A stretch of DNA of 64,000 nt, from the NCBI GenBank assembly GCA_000092065.1, contig CP000594.1; one strand, 5' to 3'. Below are positions 46,864 to 58,737 of the stretch, one piece after another. The first letter of the stretch is position 1. Each line of letters opens with the position of its first letter. The translations under genes and the position numbers were made by a program. The DNA comes from Ostreococcus lucimarinus. Taxonomy: Eukaryota. The notes beneath the pieces are model-generated. The model worked only from the letters and a program-made list of their open reading frames with translations. It made no database searches and was not told the origin of the DNA.

Positions 46864-48528
46864 ATGTCGCGCAAAAACGCGAACGCGCCGCCGCACTGGA
46901 TGTCCGAGGCGCAGACCGAGCGCGCGGACGCGCGAACGGCGACGCGGGAGGCGCAAACGCTTCGTCATCCAGAGGGACATCTTGAACGAGAGGCGACGAC
47001 GGCGGCGACGACGGCGTGGGAAACGCACGTCGCGCCGGATGGGCGAACGTATTACTATCACCCGGAGACGCGGCGGAGCACGTACGCGAAGCCGGAGGAG
47101 ATGATGACGACGATGGAGCGCGCGGAGGCGGCGACGCGGTGGCGAAAGTTTACGGCGCCGGCGGCGGACTCGACGGGAGCGATGAAGACGTATTGGGCAC
47201 ACGAGGACACGGGAGTGACGACGTGGGAGACGCCGAAGGAGATTGAGGAGGTGAGGGAGATCGTGCGGCGAGCGGAGGCGCGGGCGACGGGGCCGGGAGG
47301 TCGAGGAACGGGAGCGGGGCGCGCGGAGAGTCGAAACGAGAGCGGACGAGCGAGCGGCGAGGATGCGGCGCCGTTTGCGAAGGAATACGCGAGTATGGAG
47401 GAAGCGAAACAGGCGTTTAAGAAGATGCTCGCCGAGTACGGCGTTCGGGGATCGACGAAGTGGGATGAAGTGGTGAATCGAGCTGGGGCGGATGCGCGGT
47501 TTTCGGCGCTGCGGTCGACGGGGGAGAAGAAGCAGTGTTTGAATGAGTATCAGATGGCGCAGGCGAAGATCGAGCGCGAGGCGAAGAGAATGGCGGAAAA
47601 GAAGGCGCGCGAGGCGTTTAGAGCGATGCTCGAGGAGCACGGAGAAGCGTTGGGCTTGACGTCGAATTCCAGATTGTCGCGAGACGGATCGCTGGAGCAG
47701 GCGCTGCGGGACGACGCGCGGTGGCGCGCGGTGACTGATCAACGCGAACGTGCGGAAATATTTGAAGACTACACGCGAGATTTACGTGTGCGCGAAAAAC
47801 ACGAGCGCGAGCACACGAAAACGAAGCGTGCTTCGGAGTTTAGGGAGTGTTTGATCGAAGCTGGCGCGACGTCAGAGATGACGTGGCGAAAGATTTATGA
47901 AGTCGTCAAGGACGACCCGCGATGCGAGCGATGCGAACCTTTGGCTCGTTTGGATGTGTTCGAAAGCATAGTGCGTGATTTGGCTCGCGCAGAGAGGGCC
48001 AAACTCGAAGTCGAGCGCAAGGCCAAAGCGCGCGAAGAGCGCAAGCGTCGCGAAGACTTTGTTGCGCTGCTCGCCGAGTCGCAAGCCGACGGCATCATAA
48101 CGCCACGGATGCCGTGGAAGTCGTTCGTGAAGCGCATCGAGAACGACGAGCGATACGTCAGATTGTGTCAAAACCTCGATGGATCGCGACCGCGCGAGTT
48201 ATTTGAGGATTTAATCGACGAGATCGAGGGCGAGATTGATCGAAAGTTGGACGATTTTGAAGACTTGCTGCGCGACGGATACAAGGCGCGCGAGTTGCAC
48301 GGCAACACGACGTGGGAAAAGGCGGAGAAGCTGTACAGACACGACAAGGCTTGGAAGCAAGCGCCTCGGGACGAGGCGCGTAAGCTGTTTGTGAAGTTTA
48401 TCGCGAAAGTTTTCCGGCGTGAGCAAGAGAAAGAGCGCCGTAAGCGCGAGGGCATTCGCAGCGAGGACGACGCGGACAGGCCGTCGTCGCGCAAAAAGTC
48501 TCGTCGCGATCGTAGCGCGAGTCGATGA
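46864..48528 (+). CDS. PRP40: Pre-mRNA-processing factor 40 (PRP40/FBP11-like; two WW domains + FF domains)
   Basis: WW1 WETHVAPDGRTYYYHPETRRSTYAKP; WW2 TYWAHEDTGVTTWETP; FF domains begin EEAKQAFKKMLAEYGVRGSTKWDEV…. The track ORF start 46720 is GTG; the first ATG is 46864 (MSRKNANAPPHWMSEAQ…). Confidence 0.85.
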   Translation: MSRKNANAPPHWMSEAQTERADARTATREAQTLRHPEGHLEREATTAATTAWETHVAPDGRTYYYHPETRRSTYAKPEEMMTTMERAEAATRWRKFTAPAADSTGAMKTYWAHEDTGVTTWETPKEIEEVREIVRRAEARATGPGGRGTGAGRAESRNESGRASGEDAAPFAKEYASMEEAKQAFKKMLAEYGVRGSTKWDEVVNRAGADARFSALRSTGEKKQCLNEYQMAQAKIEREAKRMAEKKAREAFRAMLEEHGEALGLTSNSRLSRDGSLEQALRDDARWRAVTDQRERAEIFEDYTRDLRVREKHEREHTKTKRASEFRECLIEAGATSEMTWRKIYEVVKDDPRCERCEPLARLDVFESIVRDLARAERAKLEVERKAKAREERKRREDFVALLAESQADGIITPRMPWKSFVKRIENDERYVRLCQNLDGSRPRELFEDLIDEIEGEIDRKLDDFEDLLRDGYKARELHGNTTWEKAEKLYRHDKAWKQAPRDEARKLFVKFIAKVFRREQEKERRKREGIRSEDDADRPSSRKKSRRDRSASR

Positions 48529-48820
48529 CGGGGCGAACGAGACGGATTGATTTAATTGTAATTCAGTGATACGTAGAATTCAACAAGTGTTGTACGATTC
48601 GCTGACATAGTTAGGCGGTGACCCATCCGCGCCGAAATTCGCCGAAACTTTACCCTCGGCTCTACTCAACGGTGGTTGTTGCTTTTGCTCACTCTCCTCT
48701 CAAGTCATCTTCTTCTTCCGTTCTTCTCTTCTTCTTCATAACACGCTGCCCATATCTTCGTGGCCGTACGTTGTATTTTTTCTTCTTGCTCTCTTTTAAA
48801 CAGATGTCGTCGACGCGCGC

Positions 48821-49476
48821 TTAGTCGTAGCGGTCGAGCTTGATTTGCATCGGTCGGTGCTCCAACTCGACGCCGTTGAAACCTTGGATCGCGGCTTGCG
48901 CCTGTTCGCGGGTTTCGAAGAGCACGGTACCCCAGCCCTTGGATCGGCCGGTGTCGGTGTGGCACACCGCAACGGCGTTCACGACGTTACCAACTTGTTG
49001 GAACACTTGGCGGAGATCCTCGCTGGTGGTGGTCCACGGCAAGTTGCGAACGACGATTTGCAAGCCGCTCGAGTTCTCCGGACGAGTCTCGACGCGCGCG
49101 CTCTTTTGGCCAGCTCCCGGACGCTCGACGCGAACGATGATCGATCGGCCTTGAATCTCAGAGTTGTGCATTTGCTCGATGGCGTTTTGCGCCTCCTCCG
49201 GCGTGGCGAAGTCGACCAAGGCCCAACCCTTGGATCGCCCGCCGCTTTGGCGCGCCACCTCGCATTGCACGACGTTCACGCCGAAGCTCGCGCAGTGCGA
49301 CGTGAGCGTTTCCTCCGAGGTTTCCCACGCGAGGTTACCGAAGTAGCATCGGCATCCGTCGCCGCCCGCCGGGGCGTCGCCGAGCACGCTCGCGCTCGCC
49401 TTCTTCGCGCCGCCCGCCGCCTTCGTCGGCGCCTTGTCTTCGCGCACCGTGATCGTGCGATCACCGAGCGGCGTGC
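48821..49476 (-). CDS. RNA-binding protein with three RRMs, exon 2 (RRM2 + RRM3)
   Basis: …CYFGNLAWETSEETLTSHCASFGVNVVQCEVARQSGGRSKGWALVDFATPEEAQNAIEQMHNSEIQGRSIIV… and …LQIVVRNLPWTTTSEDLRQVFQQVGNVVNAVAVCHTDTGRSKGWGTVLFETREQAQAAIQGFNGVELEHRPMQI… (RNP1/RNP2 motifs). The track ORF begins at GTG; the frame is opened by the acceptor ccgcag| (minus 49479..49477). Confidence 0.75.
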
Positions 49477-49649
49477 CTGCGGTTCGCCAACGCCGCGCGT
49501 TCCATCGTCAGTCTCCACCACATTCCCTCGTTTTCACCCATCTCGCGCGCTCGCGCCCGTCGCTCGCAATCTTCGTCTCGCCCGCGATCTCGATCTTCGC
49601 CCCGCGATCGCGTCCAATCCGCGCCCGATCCGCGTCTCTCTTCACGCAC

Positions 49650-49860
49650 CGTCCATCCGCGTCACCGCGGCCTGCGCCTCGGCCTCGGAGTTAAACTCCA
49701 CGAGTCCGTACCCCCGGCTTCGCCCCTGGCGCCCCGTCGGGATGTCCACGCGCGTCACGCCGCCGCACTCCGCGAAGAGCTCGCGCAAATCCTCGATCGT
49801 CGTGCTCCACGGGATGTTCCCGACGTATAATCGCGCGCTCGATCCCCCGTCGACGTCCAT
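49650..49860 (-). CDS. Same RRM gene, exon 1 (RRM1: LYVGNIPWSTTIEDLRELFAECGGVTRVDIPTGRQGRSRGYGLVEFNSEAEAQAAVTRMDG|)
   Basis: Track ORF 49642..49860 ends …RMDGA*, where GAC G|GTGCGTGA is a canonical GTGCGT donor. Joining to 49476 (phase 1) gives …RMDG TPLGDRTITVREDKAPTK…: 211 + 656 nt = 289 codons. Intron 49477..49649 (173 nt). Confidence 0.7.
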
Positions 49861-50319
49861 GGTGATGTGCGGATGTGCGTCCGCGTTCTCGCCGTGCGTC
49901 CGTGCGCGTCGCTGTGTGTCGCGGTGTGCGGCGTCGACGTCGCGCGACGATCGAACAATCGTCGCGATCGAGCGATCGATCGGCGGCGGTGCCGGCGGCG
50001 CGCGCGGGACGCGTGATTCGTGGTTTTTCGGTGTTCAATGCGTGTTTTTTCGCGCTTTGTACGGTCGATGTGCGCTATCGACGACGACGCGCGATCGCGC
50101 GCGGCCCCGTTCACGTGTCCCACTCCGAATGTCCGAACGCGTCAACCAATCGTATGGGTAAACAGTGATAGTCAGCTGGTGCGTCCCGCGCGTCCCGAAC
50201 ATCGGTCGTTTCGCACTGTTTGTCCACACGAATCGTCTGGTGCGCGCGTTACATCGCGGCGCGCGTCGTTCGCGCGCGATTCGCGCGCGCGCGCGGCGAC
50301 GCCGCGGCGCGTCGCGGCG

Positions 50320-51804
50320 ATGGCGAGCGCGAACGGCGGCGCGGCGTCGGACGCGACGTCGACGCTCGTCGTCGCGTGCACGACGGCGTCGCTGTACGCG
50401 TTCGGGGACTGGTTCCTGAAACACATCCTGTGCGCGGAGACGCGGGATCTCATCAGCGCGCGCGTGTCGGCGACGTTCTCGGCGACGTTCGCGGTGACGT
50501 CGTCGATGCTGTTCCTGATCGGGTACGAGATCGCGAACGCGGTGAACGCGAGGACGCTGCGGTGGTCCTGGGCGGGCGCGCTCGGGAGCGGGACGGCGGC
50601 GCTGCTGGGCGTCGCGCCGTGGGAGCTGTTCGCGCTCGGATTCGAGGCGCTGGGAGGGAAGGGAGGGGGGAGGGACGGCGCGGGAGGCGCGGGAAGGGGA
50701 CGAAGGCGACGGGCGTACGCGTGGGCGACGGCGGCGACGGGGGGGTTCGCGTACGCGTTTTTGGGGTTGGCGAGACGAGGCGCGAGCGGGGAAGACGACG
50801 GCTCCGTGATGGTTCGCGTCGTGTCGCGCACGGCGGTGTTGGGGATTTGTCTGTTGGGCGTGTTGTCGGGGTTCGGGATGGTGCACTTTCCGTACACGAC
50901 GGTGCGGATTTTTCACCGCGCGATTCCGGACGCCGAGGTCTCTGGTCTCGAACGGCGTTTGGTGCAGAGCGTGGAGACGATCGTGGAGCGAAAGAAACGC
51001 ATTGAGATCTTGAAGTACGAGATCGCGCGCGAGGCGCGGATGGAGCGCGATAGGAATAGCAAAAATGGAGGCGGCGGAAGTTTGTTCAACCGTCTCGCCG
51101 GCGGGTTTCGCCTTCCGGGCCTCGGCGAAGCTCGAGGGGAACAGATCTTAGCCATAAGCGCCGAAATAGAGGCGCTAGAGATGGTGAACAACACTCTGTT
51201 CTTCGATCTCCACGACGTCAACTTGCAGCGACAGCGCGCAAAGATGTCCAAAACCCCCTACGGCCGCTTTCTCGAGCTCTGCGGCGTCGGCATGGCCGTC
51301 GTGTGCGGCTACCGCCTCGTCGCCGGATTCAAGCGTTTGATTTTCAAACAAACCCCCACGAGCGATCCAATCTCTTTCGCTCTACACATATTCTTAGCCA
51401 ACAAGGCCATTCACATCGATCCCGCGACGTTGGCGCAGTACCTCAGCCTGCTCTTGATCGCCTTCCTCGTCATCAACTCGATGCAAAACTTCATCACCCA
51501 GCTCGTCAAGCTCTTCTTCGCCTACGGCGGCGGCGTCACCACGGACGCCCTGGTGCTATTCACCACCGAGATGGTCGGTCTGTACTTCCTCTCCTCCGTG
51601 TTATTAGTCCGAGAGCAGCTTCCCGAGCGTTACCGCCACGTCGTCACCGAGGCGCTCGGCGCCGACTTGGAGTTTCGCTTCTACGCCAAATTCTACGAGC
51701 TCATCTTCATGGCGAGCGCCGCGCTCACCGCCATCGCGCTCTACGCCAAGCACGTCACCGCCACCGTCACCGCGGACGTCTCCAAGCCCGTTCGTCGCGC
51801 GTGA
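50320..51804 (+). CDS. GPR89: Golgi pH regulator / GPR89 / GTG-type 9-TM protein
   Basis: Multi-TM protein with the conserved central block EIEALEMVNNTLFFDLHDVNLQRQRAKMSKTPYGRFLELCGVGMAVVCGYRLVAGFKRLIF and a C-terminal TM bundle. Start set to ATG M101 (MASANGGAASDATSTLVVA…); the upstream 100 codons are junk. Confidence 0.8.
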   Translation: MASANGGAASDATSTLVVACTTASLYAFGDWFLKHILCAETRDLISARVSATFSATFAVTSSMLFLIGYEIANAVNARTLRWSWAGALGSGTAALLGVAPWELFALGFEALGGKGGGRDGAGGAGRGRRRRAYAWATAATGGFAYAFLGLARRGASGEDDGSVMVRVVSRTAVLGICLLGVLSGFGMVHFPYTTVRIFHRAIPDAEVSGLERRLVQSVETIVERKKRIEILKYEIAREARMERDRNSKNGGGGSLFNRLAGGFRLPGLGEARGEQILAISAEIEALEMVNNTLFFDLHDVNLQRQRAKMSKTPYGRFLELCGVGMAVVCGYRLVAGFKRLIFKQTPTSDPISFALHIFLANKAIHIDPATLAQYLSLLLIAFLVINSMQNFITQLVKLFFAYGGGVTTDALVLFTTEMVGLYFLSSVLLVREQLPERYRHVVTEALGADLEFRFYAKFYELIFMASAALTAIALYAKHVTATVTADVSKPVRRA

Positions 51805-53307
<1,503 letters not shown>

Positions 53308-53647
53308 TCTTCCGGTGCTGATCCAATCAGAATCGTCTCTTGCACGAACTATTTACGAAAACTTTAATCGCGCGCGCGGCTCCGCAACGCAGCATGTCTC
53401 TCATATTACTATCATACCACATCAATAAACTTGTAATGAACACAAAAAACGAAAAAAATCGAACGTGACGCGCGCGCTGTGGTGTGTGATGGTGGATGGA
53501 TGGATATTCAGTGGAGTTACAACATCATCCTGGTAAGTAAACTACAGTTGCTGGGATTGTTTTGTTTTGTTGTACACGTTGGTTGGACGAGACAAAATAT
53601 TAACTCGACGACGATCTCTTCCTTGAAAGCGAGTGTGGTCGCCCTTG

Positions 53648-54829
53648 TTAGAGATCGTCACAGAGTATCTGATTATGCTCCTCCAAGTACTGCTCGAGCA
53701 CCCAAGTAGGGAGCGTCGTAGAACTCGAAGGCTTCGACTTGTGTCGCGTTCCGTGTAAACGCTTGGCCTCATCCTTCCACGACACCGCTCTGTGCGTGGC
53801 CTCGGTGGGCTCTTTCGGCGTCGCCGGGATCCCCGTGCGCTCGGCGGCGCGCGCAGTGGGATAGTACAACAAACAACTGCCGGCGACGGCGGCTTCGGGG
53901 GAGTGATCGGGACGAACAATTTCCGTAGGGGGAAAATGGAAAGATGTTCCGAACTCGTCGCCCACGTTGTGGCCGTAGACGTCCATGCGTCGTCGGTAAC
54001 TCTCTTGCGCGAGCGCGTCGGCCGTTCTCTTCGCATCTCCCATGCGATCGAACCGATCGAAAGAGTCTTCGACGTGTATGTTCACCGCCTCGTCGTCATC
54101 GTAGCCACTGTTGTAAGGTTCGTCGACGACGAAGTGCATGGGCGACCGCGCGCGCGGCGCGTACTGCGGCGCGCGATGCTTCTTCTGTTGTCTGCCGTGC
54201 CCTTGGCCCGACTGACACGCACCGCTGTCGCCATTTCTGCCGTTACCGTGTCCAATTCCAGTGGTGCCACTGTCGTGGGATCCACTCGACGTGCGCGGGG
54301 CTGGCAAGTCGTTGCCGCTGCCGCGCAGCTGCGAACGCAAGCAGTACGTCGACGGCGCGATTCGGACAAAGGTTTCATCCTGACTCAGCGCCGCGGTGAC
54401 GGAGTTGTTCGGCGTCTTACACGTCCCCCAACTGTACATCGATAATCTCTGCGCCGTCCCCACGATCGATGCCACGGTCATCCCGCGCGTGCCGCTCTCC
54501 GCGAGCAACACGTACGCGCTGTGTTTGATGGTGCCGATTTCGTACCCGAGCGCCACCGCGTCGGCGCTCCAATTCTTCTTCGCTCTCTTCACCATCATCG
54601 CCTCCTCATCGGTATCGCTGGACGACGTCGGCACCGCCCGTCCCTTAGCGAGCGTGTTTACCAGCACATTATCCGGCGTTCTCTTCCCATCCTCGTCGAC
54701 GTGCGCGTCGCCCCGATTTCTCGTGCTCATGTGTCCCCCCTTCGTCGTCGCCTCGGCGTGCGCCTCCTTGCGATCAATCACCTCGTGATCACCGCGCGCG
54801 CCGCGACGCGCCTTCGTACTCGCCACCAT
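53648..54829 (-). CDS. Nuclear-type protein with a HARE-HTH-like winged-helix domain (tentative) and Gly/His/Ser-rich low-complexity middle
   Basis: WSADAVALGYEIGTIKHSAYVLLAESGTRGMTVASIVGTAQRLSMYSWGTCKTPNNSVTAALSQDETFVRIAPSTYCLR fits the HARE-HTH pattern (HB1/ASXL/RNAP-δ type). Codon 1 of the track ORF is TTG; start moved to the first ATG (MVASTKARRG…). Confidence 0.6.
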   Translation of the reverse strand: MVASTKARRGARGDHEVIDRKEAHAEATTKGGHMSTRNRGDAHVDEDGKRTPDNVLVNTLAKGRAVPTSSSDTDEEAMMVKRAKKNWSADAVALGYEIGTIKHSAYVLLAESGTRGMTVASIVGTAQRLSMYSWGTCKTPNNSVTAALSQDETFVRIAPSTYCLRSQLRGSGNDLPAPRTSSGSHDSGTTGIGHGNGRNGDSGACQSGQGHGRQQKKHRAPQYAPRARSPMHFVVDEPYNSGYDDDEAVNIHVEDSFDRFDRMGDAKRTADALAQESYRRRMDVYGHNVGDEFGTSFHFPPTEIVRPDHSPEAAVAGSCLLYYPTARAAERTGIPATPKEPTEATHRAVSWKDEAKRLHGTRHKSKPSSSTTLPTWVLEQYLEEHNQILCDDL

Positions 54830-56029
54830 GACGTCGTCTACGCGACGAGATCTCCCCGCGTTCAACCCTCGAGTCCGTCGCCTTCGCGAGTTCGCTCGCG
54901 CGAATCGCCGTCTCGGCGAAACCTGTCCCGTCGCGCGCGTCGCGTCGCTTCGTCAGTCACCCATTCTCACCGCGCGCCCGAACCTCTCGCCGCGATTCGC
55001 GATCATCGCGATCGCGTTCGCCCCCGTTTTCGACGTCCGATTCGATCCCGCGCCGTCGCCGCGCCGCGTCCCGGCGCGTCCCGGCGCGTCCCGGCGTCCC
55101 CACGGTTTAGTACCCCTCGTTAACGACCGCGCCGTCCTCGCCCGCGCCCGCGCCGGCGACCGCCCGCGCGCGCGCGCGACGCGCGCGATCGACGCGTTCG
55201 AAACCCAACTCTCGATCTCGCGCCTCTTCGCGCGCGTCCGCGCCGTCCGCGCGCGACGCCGCGCCGGCGCGCGCCCTCCGCCGCGCGCCGCGGGGGAACG
55301 CGGCGCATCCGCGTCACGGGATCCGAGACGACGACGCGTCGCCCGCTCGCGTCGTCGTGCCTCGCGCGTCTCGCCCCCCGACGCGCGCGCGCGATCGACG
55401 AATATATCGCGCGCCCATTCCCGGCGCGCGCGACGCGCGCGCGTCGTCGCGGACGCGCGCGCGTCGACATTTTCGCGCGAATGTCACGCGCGCGCCACGC
55501 GGTTCCGACACATCGTGCGACGCGTCTCTCCGCGCGCGCGACCGCGCGTTTCCGCGCGCGCGCGCGCGATCGATGTGAAGACTAAAGACGCACCGTGTGT
55601 CGGCCTCGCGCTCGAGGCTTCGCGACGCGAGCTCTCGGGAACCCGTCGAGACGCGATCCCGCGCGCGCGCGATTGTGCCACGCGCGGCGCGCCAAAGATC
55701 TTTTGCGCGCGGCGCGCCGCTTTTTCTGGATTCGTTTGATGCTGTTTCTTTTATCTAGTGTACGAGATTTGTGTGCGTGCGGAAAGGGCACTCTGAGATA
55801 AATCGTGTGAAACTGGGCGCGTGCTGTGGTGATTTTTCGCGCGATGATCGGGATTTCGCGACCAGTGTACGACGTCGTCGAGGCCCCCTGTTTTGATCGG
55901 ACGCGCGGTCGGTCGCACCAATCAAAACGCGATCTCGGCCGACGATATTTTTGGCGCCCTTTTCGGGAGGCGGGCGCGAACGCGTTCGCTTCTGTCGCTA
56001 AAACGTCTAAAGTCGAAACGCGGCGAGGG

Positions 56030-56800
56030 CTAGCGAACGATCAAACCGTGGAGCATGGTTAACAGAAATATCTGTAACGCCGCGCGCGCGAGATGGCCCT
56101 GCCACGGCAAGACTTGCATGGACTCGTCGGCGTTCGGCGGCAGCGGACCGGGCGAATTGTGAGTCCACATGTACGTGTTCGCGGGCGTGACGACGATGGT
56201 CAACAGAAACAACCCCGCCGCGCTCGCGGGCGTCAGCCAGGATTCGCAAAAATCGGGCGTGAGACCGAACGGGAGCGAGCCGAGGACGACGCCGAAGCCG
56301 CCCAAAATTTCCGCGACGCCCGTCCAGTTGACGTGAAAACTCGCGCTTCCCGGTAAGTTCCAGAATCCCCACGCGCCTTTGTGCGGCATCATGGACGTGA
56401 ACCCATCGTGCACGGCGAAATGTGCCGCGCCCGCGGCGATGTACGTGAGTCCGATGAGCGGCCAACTTCTCGCCGACCAAGCCGCGAGCTCCGGCGCGAG
56501 CGCTCGCGTCGCCGGGCCGACGACCTCGCAGCACTCGTACGTGCCGAGAAGGATCGCGGCCCACACCGCGAGCACGCACGCGGTCTGCGCGCGCTCGTCG
56601 AGCGCGGAGACGCGCGCGCCGCGATAGCCGGGCGCCGTCCAGGGCGCGACGTCCCGAGGCTCGAGCTCTGGGGACGCAGAAACTCGCGTCGCTCGCGGAC
56701 GACGCGTCGACGACGCGGGCCGACGCGCGCGCGACGCGCGCGGACGCGCGACGCGGGCGAACGCGGCGGCGCGCGCGACGACGGCGACGCTCGGACGCAT
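56030..56800 (-). CDS. Multi-pass membrane protein (DoxX-like?) with transit-peptide-like N-terminus
   Basis: Start set to ATG M39 (MRPSVAVVARAAAFARVARPRASRARRP…). It has four hydrophobic segments (…ACVLAVWAAILLGTY…WPLIGLTYIAAGAAHFAV…VAEILGGFGVVLGSLPF…AAGLFLLTIVVTPANTYMW…). The family assignment is weak. Confidence 0.55.
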   Translation of the reverse strand: MRPSVAVVARAAAFARVARPRASRARRPASSTRRPRATRVSASPELEPRDVAPWTAPGYRGARVSALDERAQTACVLAVWAAILLGTYECCEVVGPATRALAPELAAWSARSWPLIGLTYIAAGAAHFAVHDGFTSMMPHKGAWGFWNLPGSASFHVNWTGVAEILGGFGVVLGSLPFGLTPDFCESWLTPASAAGLFLLTIVVTPANTYMWTHNSPGPLPPNADESMQVLPWQGHLARAALQIFLLTMLHGLIVR

Positions 56801-57491
56801 GGCGACGTGTGCGGCCGGGACGCCGAGCCGGCGGCGCCGAACTTTACCTTTACGGAATCTAATGTTACACACGCCGTCGCGATCACCGCCGCGACGCCTT
56901 CGCTGTTCGACCACGCCCCACCGCTCGACGCTCGCTCGGCGCGGCGGGACCGAGGACGTGCGCGCCGCTTCGGTCGCGCTCTTGCTGCGGCGTCAACCGC
57001 CTCTTCGGCTCGGCCTTCGCCCTCGCGCGCGCGTCTTCGTCCGACCGTCCCGTCCGCGCGTCGTCCGCGACGCCGGAGATGATGTGATTCGAAATCGCCG
57101 CGATCGGATTCGAGCGAAACGTCGGGTGCGCGAGCACGGCTTGCATCCGCGTCGTCTCCCGCGCCACGAGCGCCGTCCGCCGCCTCGCCGTCGGCGTCTT
57201 CGCCCCGTTCCCCATCCCTCGCCCCCCGCCCGTCGCCGCGACGTCCGCGAGCGACATCGACAGCGCCCTGACGTCCACCGTCGTCCCTCGCCCGCTTTTC
57301 TTCCCTATTTTCTTCATCTTCGTCTCCGTCGCCACGCGAATCTCTGTCCCGACCGCGCGCGCCGAGCGCGTCCGCCGTCAGTCGCCCCGCGCGCGCCGTC
57401 CGTCGCCGTCGGTCGCCGCGATTCGCGCCCTCGAACGCACTCTCTAAAAATTTCGCGCGCCGCTTCGCCTTGCGCCGATGCGACGGCGCGA

Positions 57492-57493
<2 letters not shown>

Positions 57494-57524
<31 letters not shown>

Positions 57525-57531
57525 TCGTCTC
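57494..57531. repeat. (GTC)n microsatellite (~9 perfect units plus an interrupted unit)
   Basis: gtcgtcgccgtcgtcgtcgtcgtcgtcgtcgtcgtc read in the divergent promoter region upstream of the SET gene. Boundaries ±2. Confidence 0.7.
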
Positions 57532-57712
57532 CGCCGCCGGTTCGCCTCGCGTCGCGCCGTCGTCGTCCCGTCCCGCCTCGCCTGCGCGCGCGCGCCGCCG
57601 ACCGAGCGCGCGCTCCACCTTCCGTCGGAGCTCTCGCTTGACCATCGCGCGGACGCGGCGCGTCGCGGCGTCGCCGAGTGTCGACCGCGCGCGTCGTCAT
57701 CGTCTTCGCGCC

Positions 57713-58711
57713 ATGTCGCGCCGCGTCGTCGCCGGCGCGCGCGCGCTCCAGCGCGAGCTCGACCTCGAGCGCCTCGCGCGCCTCGTCGCGCCCGCGCGCG
57801 ACGCGTCGTCGCGCGCGCGCGCGGTGAACGACGCGCTCGTCGCGCAGCTCGCCGAGCTCGCGCGCGCGACGCCCGCGCGCGCGTGCGACGTCGCGCCGTC
57901 CACCGCGGGACGATCGGGCGCGAGCGCGGGCGACGGGCTGTTCGCGCGCGGCGCCGTCGCCGCGGGACGCGTCGTCGCGACGTATCCGGGGCTGACGTAC
58001 GTCGGCGCGGCGACGCGATTCATGAAGGATTATCCGCGCGTGACGCGCGAGAACGAATACCTGATCGCGCGAAGCGATGGGAGCGTGATCGACGCCGAGC
58101 CGTGGGGACGGGGCGGTGAGAACGACGACGCGTGGCCGGGCGCGCCGGTGGCGCTGAGCGAGGCGGAGGCGAGACGGGCGGACGGCGCGAGCTGGCTGGA
58201 GCGGTTGCGAAAGCCGACGCTGCCGAGGGCGACGCGAGCGCGGTTGGCGAGGGAGTGCGCGACGCTAGATCGAGGAGATGAGCTGGCGCTGGCGCACTAC
58301 GCGAATCATCCGCCGAGTGGGACGGCGCCGAACGTCGTCGTGGCGTCGGTGGACGTGCCGAGGGACTCGGACGCGCGGAGGCGCACGCAAAACGTAAACG
58401 TGGAGTGCGAGGAGGAGGGGGAGGAGACGGAGAGCGTGTGGTCGATCGTGCGCGATGGCGAACGGTCGCTCGTGGAACGCGCGCGAGACGCGTCGTTGGC
58501 GATGTTCGGGGAAGATGCGGATAAACCCAGAGCTCGAGGAGGGACGGTTCGGCGAGACGTCGTTCGAGGCTTGGTTTTAGTGTCGACGCGAGACATCGAG
58601 GATGGGGAGGAGATTTGGTTGAATTATAGATTATCGACGCACGTGACGCCGCCGGCGTGGTACGTGCGCGTCGATCCAGAGGAGGACGAGCGTCGCTGGT
58701 CGTTGGATTAG
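57713..58711 (+). CDS. SET-domain protein (putative protein-lysine methyltransferase)
   Basis: GDGLFARGAVAAGRVVATYPGLTY…, …ALAHYANHPPSGTAPNVV… and …EDGEEIWLNYRL… correspond to the SET N-region, the NH(S/x)xxPN motif and the ELxxxY C-motif. Start set to ATG M82 (MSRRVVAGARAL…). Confidence 0.75.
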   Translation: MSRRVVAGARALQRELDLERLARLVAPARDASSRARAVNDALVAQLAELARATPARACDVAPSTAGRSGASAGDGLFARGAVAAGRVVATYPGLTYVGAATRFMKDYPRVTRENEYLIARSDGSVIDAEPWGRGGENDDAWPGAPVALSEAEARRADGASWLERLRKPTLPRATRARLARECATLDRGDELALAHYANHPPSGTAPNVVVASVDVPRDSDARRRTQNVNVECEEEGEETESVWSIVRDGERSLVERARDASLAMFGEDADKPRARGGTVRRDVVRGLVLVSTRDIEDGEEIWLNYRLSTHVTPPAWYVRVDPEEDERRWSLD

Positions 58712-58737
58712 AGAAACTAGATTATTTGCTATAGAGA

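Noticed and set aside
53520-53545. Plus-strand cctgGTAAGTaaactacAGttg mini intron-like motif
   Set aside because: It lies in the AT-richer convergent 3'-UTR zone between OAHS (+) and the HARE-HTH gene (-). No ORF on the plus strand would be rescued by splicing here, so it is probably coincidental.
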